Shown here piece by piece: positions 18,049-27,017 of a stretch of DNA of 35,884 bases. The first letter of the stretch is position 1, and the number at the start of each line of letters is the position of its first letter. Origin of the DNA: Candidatus Micrarchaeota archaeon (GTDB taxonomy: Archaea > Micrarchaeota > Micrarchaeia > Anstonellales > Bilamarchaeaceae); the NCBI GenBank assembly GCA_043827025.1, contig JBDRPL010000015.1:1-35884 (forward strand), written 5' to 3'. The notes beneath the pieces are model-generated. The model worked only from the letters and a program-made list of their open reading frames with translations. It did not search any database and was not told the origin of the DNA. The translations under genes and the position numbers were made by a program.

Positions 18049-18200
18049 TGGACCAGCCGGGATTTGAACCCAGAGTCTCTGCAATTTTCCAAACTTTCAG
18101 GAGAAACACCTGCAAGTTTTTGATGAAACTTTTTTGACGAGAAAAACATGGGCAAAAAAGTTTCTGCGAATGCAGCGCTTTACCGTTGAGCCACAGGCCC
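18049..18200 (-). tRNA. tRNA-Ala(CGC) with an 80-nt intron at 37/38 (intron 18085-18164)
   Basis: Acceptor GGGCCTG/CTGGTCC-A with the G3:U70 Ala determinant; anticodon stem CTGCA/TGCAG; loop TT-CGC-A^T; T-arm CTGGG-TTCAAAT-CCCGG; BHB-like junction; no encoded CCA. Confidence 0.92.
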
Positions 18201-18211
18201 GGGCTATATGA

Positions 18212-18988
18212 TTATTTTCCTTTTATTATGACGTGGTCTCCTGTTTTTAAATTATACTTTTCCAAGAAATTGCCCACATTCACTGCCATCTCAACCCTTT
18301 CGAAATCATCCTTCATTATCACAGGCTCGCCTTTTGGAACATCGCCGAAAGTATTTCCATAAGTGACTTCAATCATGTTAACAAAGAGTTTCTGTCCAAG
18401 TTTAAAGTTGTCCATCTCTTTCCCCAGGACATTCAGAAAGGCACCTCCGAATTTGTTTGTGTCAATTATTTCAGCTTCGATTTTTCCGTCTTTGAATTTC
18501 GCATTTTCAAATGGAGCAGCCACTTGATTTTTTATCTCCTTTCCGAAGTCCTCGATACTTATCCCATTTGCAAGGTGCGCAGCAACAGGCATGAAGACAT
18601 CTCGTCCATGAAAGATAGGTGAAACCGGTTTGTTCATGTAATTTTCATTTGTGATTTCATGCAACCTTTCAATTCCTCCAAGCAGTTCTGCAGCAGGAAC
18701 CATCACTCCATTATCCGGCCCAATGAGATAATCGCCTCTTCTTGTTTTTATGATGATTGCCTTTCTTTTTGTCCCCACTCCAGGATCAACAACACACACG
18801 TGAAAACCAATTGGCAGGTACTTGACAGCTTCGAATGCTCTTGCACCGGACCCTACGTTGAAGCCGTCAACATTTGTCGCAAGCTCAATTATCCTTGCAT
18901 CCTGGCAAATGTTCCATGCAATTGCCTGCATGACTCCATGGCCTTTGTTACCAGGGCCAAAATCTGTAGTATAAGAAATAAGTTTCAT
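18212..18988 (-). CDS. SAM hydroxide adenosyltransferase (DUF62)
   Basis: TTDFG, VVDPGVGT.R, GPDNG, FHGRDVF.P.AA, E.AVN.GN. Confidence 0.93.
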   Translation of the reverse strand: MKLISYTTDFGPGNKGHGVMQAIAWNICQDARIIELATNVDGFNVGSGARAFEAVKYLPIGFHVCVVDPGVGTKRKAIIIKTRRGDYLIGPDNGVMVPAAELLGGIERLHEITNENYMNKPVSPIFHGRDVFMPVAAHLANGISIEDFGKEIKNQVAAPFENAKFKDGKIEAEIIDTNKFGGAFLNVLGKEMDNFKLGQKLFVNMIEVTYGNTFGDVPKGEPVIMKDDFERVEMAVNVGNFLEKYNLKTGDHVIIKGK

Positions 18989-19068
18989 ACTAGCAATATA
19001 ATGCAAACAAATTTAATTTCTTGTCAATCAATATCAGGATATACTAGTAAAATATGAGGTGTCTGTTT

Positions 19069-20025
19069 ATGCCGTTCAATCCCAAGAAATTCATTGAAGA
19101 TGCAATGAAAGAAGTGAAGGAAAAGATAGGAGATGGTAAGGCAATAGTTGCTGTTTCGGGTGGCGTGGATTCATTCGCAGCGGCAGCAATATGCGCAAAG
19201 GCTATTCCAGACCAGCTTTATGCTGTCTACGTTGACACAGGGCTTATGCGAAAGAATGAGACACAGAAGGTATCTGAAGCTGCAAGAAAAGTCGGAATGA
19301 AATTGAAGGTAATAGATGCAAAGGAAAAATTCCTTTCAGCACTGAAAGGCATTAGTGAACCAGAGCAGAAAAGAAAGACTATCGGAGAAATATTCATCAG
19401 GATTTTTGAAAGTGAGGCAAAGCAAGATAAGGTAGAGTTCCTTGTGCAAGGAACCATAGCGCCTGACTGGATAGAAAGTGGAGGAGAGGGCCGTGAGAAA
19501 ATAAAGAGCCACCATAACGTAGGCGGATTGCCTGAGAAGATGCATTTGAAATTATGCGAACCTCTTCGTGAGATATATAAGCACGAAGTAAGGTTGGTTG
19601 CAAGGGAAGCAGGGCTTCCTGATTATATTTATAATAGACAGCCATTCCCAGGGCCAGCACTTGCAGTAAGGATAGTTGGCGAAATAACTCCTGATAAGAT
19701 TAGGATAGTACAGGATGCCTGCGAGATTGTCGAAAACGAGTTAGAAGGAGCAGCCAACAGGAAAGATATTGAATTGCCTTGGCAATATTTTGCAGCACTG
19801 CTTCCTACAAAAACAGTAGGGGTTCGCGGAGACGAACGGTCTTATCAATACACAATTGTTGTAAGGGCAGTTGGAAGCCTTGATGGAATGACAGCTAATT
19901 TTTCGCACATACCTTTCGAGGTGTTGCAGAAGATTTCAACTAGAATAACTAATGAGATAAAGGATGTCGGACGAGTCGTTTACGACATAACCAACAAACC
20001 TCCTGGAACAATAGAATTGGAATGA
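19069..20025 (+). CDS. guaAB: GMP synthase subunit B (ATP pyrophosphatase subunit)
   Basis: SGGVDS, PEQKRK.IG, QGTIAPDWIES, IKSHHNVGG, YDITNKPPGTIE; no glutaminase domain; GAGGTG SD. Confidence 0.96.
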   Translation: MPFNPKKFIEDAMKEVKEKIGDGKAIVAVSGGVDSFAAAAICAKAIPDQLYAVYVDTGLMRKNETQKVSEAARKVGMKLKVIDAKEKFLSALKGISEPEQKRKTIGEIFIRIFESEAKQDKVEFLVQGTIAPDWIESGGEGREKIKSHHNVGGLPEKMHLKLCEPLREIYKHEVRLVAREAGLPDYIYNRQPFPGPALAVRIVGEITPDKIRIVQDACEIVENELEGAANRKDIELPWQYFAALLPTKTVGVRGDERSYQYTIVVRAVGSLDGMTANFSHIPFEVLQKISTRITNEIKDVGRVVYDITNKPPGTIELE

Positions 20026-20041
20026 AAAAAATTGAAACATA

Positions 20042-20326
20042 TCAAAGCGATGAAATCATTCTGTGAAATCTATTCGCAGCTTCATCCATCCCCTCGGGAA
20101 ATATGTTTTGGACGTTTTTTGCAATTGCAAGCCTTCGGTTCGCATCATACACTGAGCTGGTGATCTCTGAATGCCTGTTTCCGGAATTAAGCAGCATGTT
20201 CCTGAAGCAATCGACAGAAGAATGAAACGTTGTAGGCGTTACCAAAGCAATAGTTAGGCCTTTTCTTTTCGGAATCAAAGTTAGCAATTCAGAATCTTTC
20301 GGCCTTTCCTTGAATTCCATCGCCAT
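20042..20326 (-). CDS. Small hypothetical protein
   Basis: 94-aa ORF with AGGT SD filling the intergenic gap. Confidence 0.65.
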   Translation of the reverse strand: MAMEFKERPKDSELLTLIPKRKGLTIALVTPTTFHSSVDCFRNMLLNSGNRHSEITSSVYDANRRLAIAKNVQNIFPEGMDEAANRFHRMISSL

Positions 20327-20379
20327 GTTTTTACCTATAGGCTATTTGTACGGCAGGATTTTTAAAACAAAGCCAGGGA

Positions 20380-20769
20380 TTACAGCTTCAAAACTTCCCT
20401 TGCCTTGCCGAAATGATCCTGAGACGGCTTGATCGCAACCTCTGTGAAATCATCCCTCTTGCTTAGTATGTAAAGGCTTTCAAGGTCAACGCCTCTGTTC
20501 GATAATTTCCTGGTTATCTTCCCCAGTTCTCCCGGCCGATTCATCATCTTTAATATAAGTATATCCGACTCTGTTGTGCTTACTCCTGGTATTTTTGAGA
20601 GCACTTTCAATGCAGAAGTTGAGTCCTTTGTCACAATTCTAAAAACAGCCTTGTCATCCTTTTCGTATGCAGAGATTGCCTCTATGTTCACGCCAACGCT
20701 TCCCAATGCCTCTGATACATTTGCCAAAGTTCCAACCTTATTGTCCGATAAAACAAGCACTTCCCGCAT
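20380..20769 (-). CDS. Tandem ACT-domain protein
   Basis: DNKVGTLANV.EALG..GVNIEA and NRPGELGKI...L...GVDLES. Confidence 0.9.
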   Translation of the reverse strand: MREVLVLSDNKVGTLANVSEALGSVGVNIEAISAYEKDDKAVFRIVTKDSTSALKVLSKIPGVSTTESDILILKMMNRPGELGKITRKLSNRGVDLESLYILSKRDDFTEVAIKPSQDHFGKAREVLKL

Positions 20770-20935
20770 AAACTCACTGCTCCATTTGATATTATAGGGA
20801 TATTATACTGCCAACGTATAAATTTGTTTGTATCATAACAAACGGATTAAAACCCTTCTAATATACTAAATAGTGAAAAATTGTGTGAAATGACAGAAAG
20901 ATTGCTAAAACCACAACATAAGACAAAACGAAACA

Positions 20936-20943
20936 TTTAAATA
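20936..20943 (+). promoter_or_regulatory. Candidate TATA box for the 20994-26266 operon
   Basis: TTTAAATA after a purine-rich BRE-like stretch, ~50 nt upstream of the ATG; AGGTGA SD at ~20981-20986. Confidence 0.5.
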
Positions 20944-20993
20944 ATCTTTTAACCACAAAGAAACGTATATACTAACCTAAAGGTGATGATAGA

Positions 20994-22529
20994 ATGGCAA
21001 AACAAACTTTGAAAAATGGAACCCAAACTCCCGATCAAACTAAAGGCCAGTTGAAAAATATGGTACTTAGTGCAGGACCAAAAGTCATGGAAGTTATTAT
21101 TGAAGCTAGATTAACGACCGCAGCAGGAATTGCAGAAAAAGAATTTGATTCTCATGAAAATGTAACAAGAATCAAAGATGCTAAGGCAAATGCAGGCGAG
21201 CGATATACAAAACTCGGGAAAAAAGATAGTGATTGCCCAACTAATCTTTATGGCCAGCTGAATGCAATTCAAGCAAAAATGGACAGACGGGAAACACTAA
21301 ACCAGGAAATTATAGAACTACGAACCAGTTTGGAAGGAGTTCCTGAGAACGCTAGTACTATAACAGCAAAAATTACTGATCTTGAGAGCCAAAAATCAGA
21401 GAAACAAGTAAGATTGGAGGGAGTAAAAAATAAATTAAAAACCAAGCTTGATAATGATGAAGAAGGAAGCGAAGTAGATAATTTGAATACGAGACGAAAA
21501 GACTTACTCGCAGAAATCCGCGAAATTGAAGGGCAAATTGCCAGATCATACGTAGACATCGAAGACGTTGAAAAGCAGATACAAAATGCACAACCTTCAA
21601 GAGACAGATTGGCTGCATTAATATCTGAAGAAGGACAACTAATAAGAGGTAAAGACCTCCCAATCGAGAAAGAACAAAAACAAGTAGAGATAGATGGCAT
21701 ACTAAAAGAGATTGCTGATTTTGATAAAGAAATCAAAGCACTGGAAGACGAAATGGCATCTGCCGAATTCCTAGAAGGAATCAAAAACAGGGCAATTGCA
21801 CAGGTTTTGAAAGATGCAGAAGACGAAGCCCAAGGAGTTGCAGCTTTGCTTGCAACAGTGCGGGAGTTACAGACAAGATTCGCTGAACTTGAAGCGACAT
21901 TTAGAGCTTCACAATCACAACCCGCACCAGCAACAGTTGCACAGGTTACATCTCCAACAATAGACATGGATAGACTTGTCGAAGGAGTTGTTGCAAGATT
22001 GCAGGCACAGGGAGTTGTTATAACCCAAGCAGAGCAACCACAGCAAGAGGCAACGAGAGTGGTCGCACAACCAAAAGCACAAGAACAAGAAACCACGCCA
22101 CCACGAGCAATATCTCCGGTATCTCCTGAAGTAGCCCAAGAGGCTATTAGGAGCTTATCCCAACAACTCTTGGTAGCAGTTCCAGCACCACTCACTCCAG
22201 CACCTGCGGAAGTATTACAACTTGCGCCAGGAGAGGAGACAAACCTGGACAGGCACTTAGGGCTGAGTCCATCAGTTGATGCCATGGGATTGCTTGCAAC
22301 AGCTCAGGGAAACATGGAAAACGAGACAGGCAAACAGGCATTGTTGGATTTTGTAACTGCAGTTGATGCAGAAACAATCGATTTGGATTCACTTCCTCCT
22401 GAAGCTGCAGACCAGTTGAATCAAATGGCTGGATCAAGCGGAAGGGTTGGGAAAGTTGCAGAAAAAATTTGTAAGGCACTTTTCGAAGACGGCGTTGAGC
22501 CAGGAAAATTAAGTTCAAGCATAAGGTGA
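20994..22529 (+). CDS. Orphan operon gene A: long coiled coil, P/Q/A linker, shared C-domain
   Basis: Heptad E/K/L-rich region ~aa 85-305; C-terminal AM...KQA...F...DL...VAEK. Confidence 0.9.
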   Translation: MAKQTLKNGTQTPDQTKGQLKNMVLSAGPKVMEVIIEARLTTAAGIAEKEFDSHENVTRIKDAKANAGERYTKLGKKDSDCPTNLYGQLNAIQAKMDRRETLNQEIIELRTSLEGVPENASTITAKITDLESQKSEKQVRLEGVKNKLKTKLDNDEEGSEVDNLNTRRKDLLAEIREIEGQIARSYVDIEDVEKQIQNAQPSRDRLAALISEEGQLIRGKDLPIEKEQKQVEIDGILKEIADFDKEIKALEDEMASAEFLEGIKNRAIAQVLKDAEDEAQGVAALLATVRELQTRFAELEATFRASQSQPAPATVAQVTSPTIDMDRLVEGVVARLQAQGVVITQAEQPQQEATRVVAQPKAQEQETTPPRAISPVSPEVAQEAIRSLSQQLLVAVPAPLTPAPAEVLQLAPGEETNLDRHLGLSPSVDAMGLLATAQGNMENETGKQALLDFVTAVDAETIDLDSLPPEAADQLNQMAGSSGRVGKVAEKICKALFEDGVEPGKLSSSIR

Positions 22530-22536
22530 TATTAAA

Positions 22537-23682
22537 ATGAGTACATTCGCAACAAGAGGGATTGAAGGAAGGATTGGAACGCTTAAAGGAAGAATAAGAA
22601 ATGCTCCAAACCAATTCATACAAAAGGGTATCGAAGGCAGAATAGAAACATTATTGAAAAAATTGCCAGCGGACCATCCTTTGAGACAGTCTGCACCTAC
22701 ACAAAAATCCGCTTTTGAAGTTTATTATGGAGAAATGAGGGAAGAAACGCCCCCAATACAGGCATTCATAAAAGCACTTGAATATGCAACAAGATTGACT
22801 GGAGAAGAACGAAAAGGATATACGGATGCATTGAAATTAATTTTAATAGATCAGTCTGGTTCTTTGGCAGATGCGCTTGGTGCAGATGCTGCTAAAGGCG
22901 GCACAATTAAAGAGCAAATCTTCAGGAAATTGGGACTCGACATGCATGCCACAAAATCAAGTGGTCCAAAACCAAAACCAATACCTGATGCACCTCCACA
23001 AATATTTGGAGAAATACCTGCATCTGAATTACGATCAGGAGTTCCTTCCGGAACAGCTCAGCCAAAAGAAACAGCCAGGCCACAGACCCATTCGTTCTTT
23101 CCAGCAGTTGGCAAATTAGGAAGTGAGCCACTCGTAGAATCCGTACAACCACCGCCTTCAGAAAGGGAAACAGTAGTTGAAAGGCCACCAGAAGAGCCAA
23201 CATCTAGAACCCCACAGGAAGAAGGGGAAGCACTGGCAACAAAGACAGTCTTAACGGCAATTCATGCCTTAGTGCCTTTGAATGGTGAAAGAAAAACCCA
23301 AGTAACAGCTGCATATGCACAGGCATTAGACAGTGGATCATTGAATAATGTTATAAGACGAATAGACAACTATAGAGATAATAGATCACTAGACAGATCT
23401 GACAAGCAAGCAGTAGAAATAGCAATGCAAATAGCATTGGAAGTTGCTGCTGACCCTAATAAACCCAGAGAACCTAGAAAACAAGCTTTCCGTGCATTCT
23501 TACTTGGAGCTAGGAACTCTAGATTCGATCTTACTACAGATTATGTCGACGGAAAAATCGCAGGAATAATTAGAGAACCTAACGTTCAGAAGAATATACA
23601 AGACGTTGCAATGAAATTTGCAGACGACATGACTGTACAAGGGGCAGAAAAAGCCGCAGATCTGATAATTGAGGAAAGGTGA
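22537..23682 (+). CDS. Orphan operon gene B: shared N-domain, Pro-rich linker, shared C-domain
   Basis: AGGTGA SD, 7-nt gap after A; IFRKLGLD; EIA..I....AA...K..E.RKQA. Confidence 0.9.
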   Translation: MSTFATRGIEGRIGTLKGRIRNAPNQFIQKGIEGRIETLLKKLPADHPLRQSAPTQKSAFEVYYGEMREETPPIQAFIKALEYATRLTGEERKGYTDALKLILIDQSGSLADALGADAAKGGTIKEQIFRKLGLDMHATKSSGPKPKPIPDAPPQIFGEIPASELRSGVPSGTAQPKETARPQTHSFFPAVGKLGSEPLVESVQPPPSERETVVERPPEEPTSRTPQEEGEALATKTVLTAIHALVPLNGERKTQVTAAYAQALDSGSLNNVIRRIDNYRDNRSLDRSDKQAVEIAMQIALEVAADPNKPREPRKQAFRAFLLGARNSRFDLTTDYVDGKIAGIIREPNVQKNIQDVAMKFADDMTVQGAEKAADLIIEER

Positions 23683-23687
23683 AACAA

Positions 23688-24815
23688 ATGGGAACACAAG
23701 CATTACTAGCCGCAAGACACGCACGTGTTGCTAAACTTATAGCAGCATGCGAAAAACCAAAGGCATCTCTTTTAGCAGCCACTTGGGTCACCCACAAAAA
23801 AATAGGTACTGAACAAATATTCTCAGAAGAAAAAGAAGGGGTACTCGGAGTAGTCCAATTGATACTCTGTTCACCTGAAACAAGAATAGTTGACAGGGTA
23901 TCTGAAGCAAAGAGATATGTAGAGGAACTGCCCGCTGAACAACAACAGGATGCTGCTGGACAAATCGCAGATTTTCTTGGTGCACCAAGCGGAAACGGGA
24001 GAGATACCTATAGGGATGAACTGGTTCAGGAAATCGAAACAGCAGGAGAATCACCGCAAGATGCAAGAAAACAATGCGATGATCTTTCAAGAGAAATTTA
24101 TAGAATGGCAGGGAGGGACCTTGCAGCAATGACGCAAGCTGATGTAGAAGCATTACCTCCTGATTTGCCAGCATCAACAGGGGAACAACCAGCAATTCAA
24201 CCAGTAAGGCCTGGTCCCGAAGGAACACGCAGAGAACCGATACGACAATCTTTCCCAGTGCCTGAACAAGCAAAGACTGTGGAACAGATTGTAAATGAAT
24301 TGTTAGGGGATACGCAAACCAGGTTAAGCACATTACGAAGATTGTTTAATGAAGAATCTCCTGATTTTTCTGCAATAATAGATGAATATGCTTCACGATT
24401 AGAAAATGAAGGCGTGGAAACATGGCGTAGAACACTTCTTGTAAACATTGTCCCGGAAATTAAGGAAATTGCAGGCCGGATTCTCTTTGCATATGCTGCA
24501 ACCCAAGATAAGGAGATTGAATCAAGAAAAGGGGCACTTGCCGCAGTATTTAATGAAATACAGATTACAGCTGGCGATTTGACATTGAACCTTAATGATG
24601 GCCATGTTATTTCAAAGCTGGAAACATTGGTCCAAGACCCTGATGAAAAATTGAGAGGAGCTGCAACTGAATTCTCAAAGATAGTGTTTATACTAGGACA
24701 AAGTGTCGACACGCAGGCAGAAACAGTGGCAGTAAATACTGGAGATCCAACTCATCAAAAAGAGTATGCCCGTAAGGCACTAAGCATATTAAATGGCACA
24801 GAACAAGAGGGATAA
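23688..24815 (+). CDS. Orphan operon gene C: shared N-domain, Pro-rich linker, shared C-domain
   Basis: AGGTGA SD overlaps the stop of B; VQLIL, DFLGAPSG, YRMAGRD; EIA..I....AA...K..E.RKGA. Confidence 0.9.
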   Translation: MGTQALLAARHARVAKLIAACEKPKASLLAATWVTHKKIGTEQIFSEEKEGVLGVVQLILCSPETRIVDRVSEAKRYVEELPAEQQQDAAGQIADFLGAPSGNGRDTYRDELVQEIETAGESPQDARKQCDDLSREIYRMAGRDLAAMTQADVEALPPDLPASTGEQPAIQPVRPGPEGTRREPIRQSFPVPEQAKTVEQIVNELLGDTQTRLSTLRRLFNEESPDFSAIIDEYASRLENEGVETWRRTLLVNIVPEIKEIAGRILFAYAATQDKEIESRKGALAAVFNEIQITAGDLTLNLNDGHVISKLETLVQDPDEKLRGAATEFSKIVFILGQSVDTQAETVAVNTGDPTHQKEYARKALSILNGTEQEG

Positions 24816-24817
24816 AA

Positions 24818-26266
24818 ATGATACAATTACAGCATACAAAACTTGGCGGAATAGTAGCACGTAACTGCCTTCAAGAATTAAAGACAGACCGGGGGAAACT
24901 TGGAGAAGTGCAGGGATTCGCAACCCAATTGTTAAACCCAGGAAGAATTCCAGAATGGAGAAGTGGAATTGCAGGAACAGTCCAATTAATTTTGCACCTT
25001 CCGGGAGATGAAGGACACTTTAACAGGGTAAAGGAAGCAATAGAATTTACCTCATCCAAAAGAGAAGAACGAAGAGAAGCTGCGCAAACAATCGTGGATT
25101 TTCTTAGTGCACCAAGCGGGATTGGAACCGACACACACAGAGACAGAATGCTTTTAGAAGTAGAAGGGGATCTAAAGAAAAGACTTAATGCAGACACATG
25201 CACAATAACAGAATCAGCAGCAAGAGTAATAGACAACTTGACAAGTGCAGCTTACAGGATGGCAGGATTGGATCCTAATGATGGCACTTATGTCGGAATA
25301 GGTAGCCCGCCATCAAGACCAATGAGCCCAGGAACACAATCATTAATTGCAAACGGCGGAAGAGAAGAAGTAGTCGGAGAAGAGCCAGCAGTAGATCTCC
25401 ACAACGCACCGACAGGAATGTTCCAAATGCCAGTACAACCACAAACAAGTACTGACGGAATAGCAATTGCAACTCCTGCGCCAATGCTTACACAATGTGA
25501 ATTAAGAGCACCAACAGTCCCAACAGTAGGACCTGCAGCAACGGAGGTAACTCAACAAATCAAAATTCCCTTCGAACGAGCAAAACCTCCAAGAACATGG
25601 AAAACTTATGTCTTAGGAGGAATAGCAGCAATTGCTACAGTCGCATCACTGGGAATAGGTACCCTTATAATGCATATGTCGCCTTCTGGTAAGACAGATG
25701 TTCAGGATGCAAATACTAATCCTGCAATCATTCAGCCTGTAGATGGACTTGGTGCAAGCTTGCCTTCAGCTCCACAATTAAGGACGCCGGCAACATCCGG
25801 AACAGCAACAATTCAAATAAAAGCAATGGCAGATACAGAACAACCAGTAGAAGCACCTCCTGAACTAAAAGCCCCAGGAAAAGGAAGCCCAGTGCCAGAC
25901 AATGTAGATGCAGTAGAAGAAGCAACTGCCCCAGCAACAGCACAACCTTCAGAGCAAGCAAAAAAACAGCCAATGACAAGGGCTCAGATAAAGGACCTAA
26001 AAGGTAAAATAAAACCAATAATCACCAAAGCCTTGGGGAGTGGGGCTCTGAAAAAAAGGCCTGGGGAAATGAACCTGATGACAGGAGGAGTAATTGTACC
26101 GCCTATTGTAGTTGTAATAACACAAGATGGAACTGTAACTATAAAAGGATCAACAATACTGCCAAATAATGGTCCAGAAAGTATATTGGCCCAGATCCAA
26201 ACTGAAGTAACTTCAGCAATGGAAACAGCAACCCTTCCAAGAACTGGCCAGAGATTCAGCTTCTGA
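24818..26266 (+). CDS. Orphan operon gene D: shared N-domain, linker, single TM, Pro/Ala linker, TonB-C/AgmX-PglI-like domain
   Basis: VQLIL, DFLSAPSG, YRMAGLD; TM YVLGGIAAIATVASLGIGTLIM (25607-25672); C-terminal ALKKRPG...IVVVITQDGTV...LP...FSF. Confidence 0.88.
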   Translation: MIQLQHTKLGGIVARNCLQELKTDRGKLGEVQGFATQLLNPGRIPEWRSGIAGTVQLILHLPGDEGHFNRVKEAIEFTSSKREERREAAQTIVDFLSAPSGIGTDTHRDRMLLEVEGDLKKRLNADTCTITESAARVIDNLTSAAYRMAGLDPNDGTYVGIGSPPSRPMSPGTQSLIANGGREEVVGEEPAVDLHNAPTGMFQMPVQPQTSTDGIAIATPAPMLTQCELRAPTVPTVGPAATEVTQQIKIPFERAKPPRTWKTYVLGGIAAIATVASLGIGTLIMHMSPSGKTDVQDANTNPAIIQPVDGLGASLPSAPQLRTPATSGTATIQIKAMADTEQPVEAPPELKAPGKGSPVPDNVDAVEEATAPATAQPSEQAKKQPMTRAQIKDLKGKIKPIITKALGSGALKKRPGEMNLMTGGVIVPPIVVVITQDGTVTIKGSTILPNNGPESILAQIQTEVTSAMETATLPRTGQRFSF

Positions 26267-26277
26267 CTCTAAATCAA

Positions 26278-26297
26278 TCTTTTTATTATCTTTTTAT
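26278..26297 (+). terminator. Oligo-T archaeal terminator candidate
   Basis: T-tracts just after the stop of gene D; may double as the promoter region of the next gene. Confidence 0.4.
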
Positions 26298-26322
26298 ATC
26301 CTCTTGTTCTATAGTAATAGAT

Positions 26323-27006
26323 ATGCGAATCTTCTTTGACATTGACGATACGCTTTTCCCTACTACTGAATTCGCAGAACTTGCAAGAAGGAATGCCACA
26401 CGCGCAATGATAGAAATGGGCCTTGAATATGGCAGGGAAGAGCTTTATCAGAAGTTAGTAGGTATAATACAAAAGAGGGGTTCGAATTACGAGGAGCATT
26501 TCAACGAATTGTGCAAGGAGCTAAAAATCAAGAGGAACTCAAGGTATGTGGCAGCTGCAATCGCCGCCTACCATAACACAAAATCAACCATTTCACCGTA
26601 TCCTGAAGTCCCAAAATTACTTCTGGAACTGAAGGAACAGGGCCATAAAATATACATAGCGACAAATGGCAATGCCATAAAACAATGGGACAAGCTCGTA
26701 AGGTTAGGCATATCTATTTTCTTCGATGATGTTTTTGTCTCAGAAGAAATGAAAGTGGGAAAAAGCAAACGATTCTTTGAGCTCGTCATGAAGGAACTTG
26801 GCGCAAAAAAAGAAGAGTGCATTATGATAGGCGACAGGGAAGATGCAGATATAATTCCTGCAAAAGAAGCTGGAATAAAATCAATAAAGATAATAAGAAA
26901 AGAGGGAAAATACTGCAGAGAAGCCGAAAAAACCTCTGCTGATTTCAAGATAAGCAATCTCAAAGAAACCATAAAGTGTTTAAAAAGTGTCGGTTTAGAC
27001 ATATAG
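26323..27006 (+). CDS. HAD-superfamily hydrolase (subfamily IA)
   Basis: FDIDDTL, ATNG, VGK, MIGDREDADI. Confidence 0.93.
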   Translation: MRIFFDIDDTLFPTTEFAELARRNATRAMIEMGLEYGREELYQKLVGIIQKRGSNYEEHFNELCKELKIKRNSRYVAAAIAAYHNTKSTISPYPEVPKLLLELKEQGHKIYIATNGNAIKQWDKLVRLGISIFFDDVFVSEEMKVGKSKRFFELVMKELGAKKEECIMIGDREDADIIPAKEAGIKSIKIIRKEGKYCREAEKTSADFKISNLKETIKCLKSVGLDI

Positions 27007-27017
27007 AAAGGGATCAT

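Noticed and set aside
18006..18155. 50-aa N-terminal extension of the ZIP-like ORF
   Set aside because: Lies within the tRNA-Ala gene; ATG at 18005 is the plausible start
21269..22285. 338-aa antisense ORF and similar shadow ORFs (12092-12718, 27014-27793, 5604-6092)
   Set aside because: S/F/I/C-rich mirror frames of real genes caused by codon bias
20994..22529. Gene A as SMC/Rad50 or a chemoreceptor
   Set aside because: No Walker or signature motifs, no CxxC hook, no MCP hairpin signature
7359..26266. Orphan blocks as a provirus or integrated element
   Set aside because: No integrase, terminase, capsid or att duplication at the tRNA seen; blocks are interleaved with housekeeping genes
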